A stretch of 62,795 nucleotides of DNA, counting the filler, from Collodictyon triciliatum (lineage: Eukaryota): assembly GCA_043381765.1 (NCBI GenBank). It is 5 parts of 5 records of this genome, joined end to end, with 100 filler letters (N's around TTAATTAATTAA, not from the genome) between each part and the next. Parts side by side here need not be neighbours in the genome. Positions count along the whole stretch, not along the records: positions 50,314 to 62,795 come from JBHJMP010002162.1; 4 more parts are not named here. One strand, given 5' to 3'. The notes under the pieces were generated by a model, which was not told the origin of the DNA, did no database searches, and saw only the letters and a list, made by a program, of their open reading frames with translations. This document shows positions 56,769 to 62,795 of this stretch, piece after piece (positions within the stretch are counted from its first letter, which is position 1; each line of letters begins with the position of its first letter). The position numbers and the translations under genes are program-made.

Positions 56769-57157
56769 NNNNNNNNNNNNNNNNNNNNNNNNNNNNNNNN
56801 NNNNNNNNNNNNNNNNNNNNNNNNNNNNNNNNNNNNNNNNNNNNNNNNNNNNNNNNNNNNNNNNNNNNNNNNNNNNNNNNNNNNNNNNNNNNNNNNNNNN
56901 NNNNNNNNNNNNNNNNNNNNNNNNNNNNNNNNNNNNNNNNNNNNNNNNNNNNNNNNNNNNNNNNNNNNNNNNNNNNNNNNNNNNNNNNNNNNNNNNNNNN
57001 NNNNNNNNNNNNNNNNNNNNNNNNNNNNNNNNNNNNNNNNNNNNNNNNNNNNNNNNNNNNNNNNNNNNNNNNNNNNNNNNNNNNNNNNNNNNNNNNNNNN
57101 NNNNNNNNNNNNNNNNNNNNNNNNNNNNNNNNNNNNNNNNNNNNNNNNNNNNNNNNN
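56769..57157. other. Scaffold gap
   Basis: N run without linker. Confidence 0.95.
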
Positions 57158-58082
57158 GAATGGAGCCAGTGGTGGCGCAAGTGGCTGGGATTTTTTTTTC
57201 GGGAACGAAGCCGCTGTACACTGTTTCAGACATCAGACAATAAAGAGTGATGTCATTAAAAGTTGTCTTCAAAACCAGGGGAAAAGCAATGTCTTGAAAT
57301 CACCAATCATCAGCACAAAACCATCGCTTCACCGTCGGATGCAAAGGCGGTTGGTTGGAGGGTTTGGAATATCGGCGGGTTGCGTGCTGGTGGGTATAAT
57401 AGCGGATGTGCACTCAAAAACATGCCAATAAAAAAAGAAGCAAAGTGGTCGAAGCAGATGCAAGTAGTAGATTGGGCTGGGCTCTTGCTGGCCAGCTCCT
57501 TTCTTTATCTTTACTTTTTCAACTGCAGAAGGGCTGATTTCCTCTGTGCCAGGGGATGCGATATATTTGTAAAACATTCCAGAGTTGGATCCCAAGAGAC
57601 CGATGGTATGTGACAGCCGAGGCCATCTTGACCGGACAATGTAGAATACGCATGGCAGTATCTTCTGCTCTGTCTCAACCATTACTCAGGGCCTGTTGCG
57701 TATTCACCACTCGCAATAAAAAAAAAATGCTTGTGGTTTGTCCTCTCTCGTCGGATGAATAATGCAACTACACGAGTGCGCTTGCTTAAAGAAAGTGTAA
57801 TGCCGGTCGTTCAACCATCCCTCTCTTGTAAGGATTCCTACAGATTTCGCCCAGCGCATAAACTTTACATGTGCAACATACGTGTATAAATCAACGTTTT
57901 ATTTCGTGGAATACTTCACTCTTTCTTTCTTAATAATGCAAAAGAATGAACAAAAGAAACGATATGAATATTTAAAAAAAAATTAGAATTGACAAAAGGA
58001 ATAATTATTTGGAAAAATCGAAGAAAAAGAAAATAAATGTGGCGAGGGAATACGTTCATAAAACTTGACAGTATAAATATTT

Positions 58083-58620
58083 NNNNNNNNNNNNNNNNNN
58101 NNNNNNNNNNNNNNNNNNNNNNNNNNNNNNNNNNNNNNNNNNNNNNNNNNNNNNNNNNNNNNNNNNNNNNNNNNNNNNNNNNNNNNNNNNNNNNNNNNNN
58201 NNNNNNNNNNNNNNNNNNNNNNNNNNNNNNNNNNNNNNNNNNNNNNNNNNNNNNNNNNNNNNNNNNNNNNNNNNNNNNNNNNNNNNNNNNNNNNNNNNNN
58301 NNNNNNNNNNNNNNNNNNNNNNNNNNNNNNNNNNNNNNNNNNNNNNNNNNNNNNNNNNNNNNNNNNNNNNNNNNNNNNNNNNNNNNNNNNNNNNNNNNNN
58401 NNNNNNNNNNNNNNNNNNNNNNNNNNNNNNNNNNNNNNNNNNNNNNNNNNNNNNNNNNNNNNNNNNNNNNNNNNNNNNNNNNNNNNNNNNNNNNNNNNNN
58501 NNNNNNNNNNNNNNNNNNNNNNNNNNNNNNNNNNNNNNNNNNNNNNNNNNNNNNNNNNNNNNNNNNNNNNNNNNNNNNNNNNNNNNNNNNNNNNNNNNNN
58601 NNNNNNNNNNNNNNNNNNNN
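58083..58620. other. Scaffold gap
   Basis: N run without linker. Confidence 0.95.
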
Positions 58621-61142
58621 CTCGTGCGCCTTGACTCTGCGAAGTCATCATGGTCTGCGAAGTCTTGGTGCTTGGTTGCATTCTCCGCCGAGTGGTCGCG
58701 TTTGCTCTCTCTGCTCTGGTGTCTGGCATATTCATGTAAATCGGTCCCAAAATCGCAGTCGAGCGCATTTCCAGTTCCTGGACTTGGCGATGATTTCGAG
58801 ACAAGCGGCACTTCTTCAGTGGATGCATAGAGAGAAAGCTCGTCGTTGGTAGTGTATGTTACAACTAGCGGCTCGCTCTTCACTCTCTTCATTTGCATCT
58901 GGTTAAATCCTGTATTCTGAATCTGTATGTCAGTTTTCTCTGCGCCATTTGGTGTGCAAAATGGTTCTTCTGGGCTGGTTTCTTTCAGTGCTGTTTCCTT
59001 AATGCCCCGATAAGCCCCAAGGTCATCAGCATCTGCAAAGGGAATATCATGCTCCACAGCTTCAATTTGTCCGTCTGTTGGTTCCTCTGTTATGAGGCTT
59101 TGATTTGTTGGCGGTTGCTTCTTCTTTTTGGCTGCCTCTCGTAATTGTTGCCACCTTTGTTTGTATTTTTGAAGAGCAGCTTCCTAATGAAGACAAGGAC
59201 TTCAGTTTGAATGTGTTGGACAAATATTTCAAAGAGGTTTAGTGTGAGTTTGTATCATGATTTTTTTTTTGTTGATATTTGTATAATTAATATTAAAAAG
59301 AAAAATTGTAGTTAGCTCTACACGATTCCTTATATTTGATGTGATAGATAGGTAATATTGAAACCTGCTCGTGCTTCTCCTCTAGGAGTTTTCTCACTTG
59401 AGTTTCCAAGTCGCTGACCCGTTTCCGGAGTCCTTCATTCTCTTCATTAAAGCTTTCTTTGGTCAAAACACTTTGTTCAAGGATTGTTGCCTATGTAAAT
59501 TTAATATCGCTGTAATTTGGAACTATAAGCATACACATTCCGTTTCATAATGCATACCTGGAGAATACTTTTTTATTTGTTAAAAATAATTCTTTTAAAG
59601 ATGTCTGGATAGTATGCTCACTTTTTTCTCAAATTCATTTCTAAAGGTAAAGATAGATTGCTTCAAGGCGTGATTTTCTTCTTTAGTCGCAGAAAGGTTG
59701 GAAAATACCTGTCATGTGCATTTTTTTCAAATGCAATTATTATATTAACAAAACGAACTTATTATGGTTAATTGTAGGAGACACATTAAATTGCAAAATT
59801 AGGGAACAAAAAAAAAAAAAAACCAAGTTCACAATATTTACAGTAGTATATGTATATATTCGATAGATGAGAAAAATAATAAAGAACAAATTAAGACTCA
59901 GCTACCACTCGATTTCGTTCGCTCATCTCTGACAACCGAATCACCTCTTGAGCCAATGTCAGTAAATTTTTTCTTGTAGTGCTGGGATTCTGTAATTCAC
60001 TAAAGGACCAAAATTGTGTTTACAAGAATATTCCACTAATCGAAAAACATTCATTACATAAGATGGATAAAACGTAGGTGGCGTGTATATGCCAAGAGTT
60101 GTTCGCACAGTTTCTCTTCCAGAATCTTTTTTGCAAGAAGCTGTATGTTTGGATTGGCCTTATCAGCGTAATCAACCTTTTGATCTTCGGTGGACGAATG
60201 TTTCTTCTACATTCAATATATACGTCAACCAAGTTATATCTTGACCAGGAAAATGGGCCACCTTTTAAAAATATTTAAAAATAACCTGATGGATTTGAGA
60301 GATGAAAATAGACTCAAGATAAAAGAGGAATGATACTATAACTGTTTTGTAAGTGTGAATTAAATGCGTCACCGATATTGGGCGATTCACAACAAAGAAT
60401 GAATCGGATGGGTCTTCGGGATCAATCGAAGTTCCGTTTGCTGAAACTGAAAAAAATAATAGAGAAACAAAGTAGTACATTAAATTTTTGGATGGTCTGG
60501 AAGGTTTAAAAAAAAATATGAAGCTAGAGGAAAGTAGGAAAACTATGCTTAATTAGGAATGGGTAAAAAAAAACTATTGAACATAATTTCCTTTCACTTT
60601 TATTTTAATATAATTTTTTTTTTTACTGAAAAGAAAAGAAAAGATTCAGATTACAGGTCACCTTTATCTTCCGAGCTCCCTTGAGACCAACTAAAAAAAC
60701 CAGTTGTTCTGCTAAATATGGACACAGTCTGTGACTTAAGTGGTTCGTAAGCATATTTTTTTAGAATATTATGAGTTCCGCTGGAATTGGTTGCGTGGCC
60801 ACTTGGAATATCTCCTTCAAGTCCCTCTTTGAGGGAAGAGTTCTGGTTGGTCGGTGTTGAGGTGGACCCTGACTTTGGCGTCGCTTGATAGCTGGTGTCT
60901 TGATAAGATTCATAAGAATCTGTCGCTCCAATTGGTTGTGAACTAGGGAAAGAAATCTTTGGGAGAAGATCAAGCAGTTGCATAAATGTCTGTCGGAAAG
61001 ATTGTTGATTCTCATCAGAATTTTTGACCTGGTTCGAAGCCTATGTAAAAAGCAATTGATGGGTTTCAGAATATGTTTTCCTTTAACGCTGAACATCGAC
61101 AAGCTAGAGTAAATGGTATTGATATTTTTCCGAATTTGATAC

Positions 61143-61237
<95 letters not shown>

Positions 61238-62419
61238 TTTTTTTTTTGGATTTTACGTCCCAGATAAAAAAAACTAATAAGTAAGGCAAAATGGGGAATA
61301 CTACTTTTGTACAATAAAATGTTATACGAAATTCTACAGATAATGCACATTGCAATTACCAAGCTTCGTTGATCACTTCTTCCTATTGATATCGTTGCAT
61401 ATGCAACCCTTGGGATATTTTGTTGAGGTGACTGGAGAGAAACTCCACGAGTATTTTGTGGTGTGCTTTGGTGGCGAGTATTTCCACCACCACCACCACC
61501 ACCACCAGCCATTTTCCTTATGGAACTCGGTCCAGTTTCCTGTGAACCACTCCGGTGACTTCGGTCCTGAGAGACGTTAGCCATATGAGAGGCTTCCATA
61601 AAGCTGGCAACAGAATTCCACTCTTCTTCGGGCGATGACGCGATGTTATCCTCTTGGGTCCTCTGCTTTTGATTTATGACATCCTCGCTGTCCGAAAGGT
61701 ATGAATCCACAATCGAGTCCTGTAAGAGCGCTGCAAGAGATGTCAACCGATGAACTCGTGGTGCTGGCCATTCTGATAGTTGCTCATCTGCTTGAATCAC
61801 TGCTGCACAAGAATCTGTGGCAGATGACGCGCCCTGGGAAAACGACGTAGACGGCGGCGAGTCCTGATCGAGCACCGTTTGGCTTTCGAAGACAGAGTCT
61901 TTTTTCGCGGATGGAGTGTTCGCATCTGTTTCATGATGGACTGTATCGAAGGAGAAAGCCCGTGAGTGAAGCATAGCCACAAGACGAGATGCGTGTTGCC
62001 TGCTCGTTTTCTCTAATAGTGCGAGAGATTCTCTGGCAGATGCATCAGCAGCCAACGACTTGGCTGCATGGTAGTGATTGGCCGATATGTCATAATGCCG
62101 AATGGCCTCAGAAAGGCGTCCGCGTTTGAGATGCGTCTCGGCCTTCAAGGCGTGGTCTTGGCCCTAGTGCATTTGGATTACTCGACCGTCTGCGAGTTTC
62201 TGTTGCTACTTGCTCGGATGGGTATGCAATTCATAAGAAAAATAAAAATATGAAAAATAAGAATGAAAAATAAGAATGAAAAATGAACTCAAAAAATAAA
62301 ATATTGAAAATAAACTAAAAATGAAAAACAAAAATAAAAATAAAATAAAATTGAAATGAAATTAAATGAAAAAGGATTACCAGGAGGAGAGGACTGCGTG
62401 ATGAAACCGACTCGTCCAT
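58621..62419 (-). CDS. NRBF2/Atg38-like MIT and coiled-coil protein (runs into N gap)
   Basis: MDESVSSRSPLLL|GQDHALKAETHLKRGRLSEAIRHYDISANHY...RESLALL (MIT), DSFFVVN, coiled coil ENEGLRKRVSDLETQV, and KYKQRWQQLREAAKKKK. Confidence 0.65.
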
Positions 62420-62795
62420 GGTTTAGGAAGCCTTCAGCAATACGGGGGTTTCTTCGTAAAAATTTTTTTATGTCACTCAACTCTCTTCTCGCTCCCCTTC
62501 CGCAGCTTTCGTTCTTTGTGGCAGCAAAACAGAGATGACTATACAGAGCTATTCGTGTAATTCTTTATAGATTTGCGAGAGAATCAGAGTTGGCATATCA
62601 GCAGCTGCAGACATGTATTATTCTCTCGGGAGTGCATTTCTTTTCTCCTTTTGTTTCTTTGTATTTTTGTTTCTTATTTTATTTATTTTTTTGCTTTTTC
62701 TTTTTGTTTTCTTGTTTTCTTGTTTTCTTGTTTTCTTGTTTTCTTGTTTTCTTGTTTTCTTGTTTTCTTGTTTTCTTGTTTTCTTTTTTTTTTTT

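Overview
Intron-rich eukaryotic nuclear DNA, probably a flagellated protist (KIF6-like kinesin present), with AT-rich, microsatellite-laden introns and apparently the standard genetic code. The window is not one locus. It is five ~12.5 kb contigs joined by artificial N44-TTAATTAATTAA-N44 linkers. Genes spliced by hand: KIF6-like kinesin, C2+WW protein, MAEA/Fyv10, DDB1, a LINE ORF1-like fragment, a large NLR-like STAND gene, the RPN10 3' end, a KDEL PDI, a secreted beta-lactamase-family fusion, the BIG/Sec7 3' end, a TOM1/GPR137-type membrane protein and an NRBF2/Atg38-like gene. Three things stand out. (1) The STAND gene (CH-DUF4062-NACHT-TPR-pentapeptide-WD40-Sel1) has two sensor arrays: one-repeat-per-exon 126-nt symmetric TPR exons, and homogenised WD40 repeats with variable positions in one intronless exon. 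It also has a 1-nt frameshift. (2) The fusion joins a signal peptide, beta-lactamase, dead trypsin-like domain, EGF and FG-GAP repeats. (3) DDB1 has two U12 minor introns (one AT-AC) with an RTATCCA donor variant. All family calls rest on motif recognition, not database searches.
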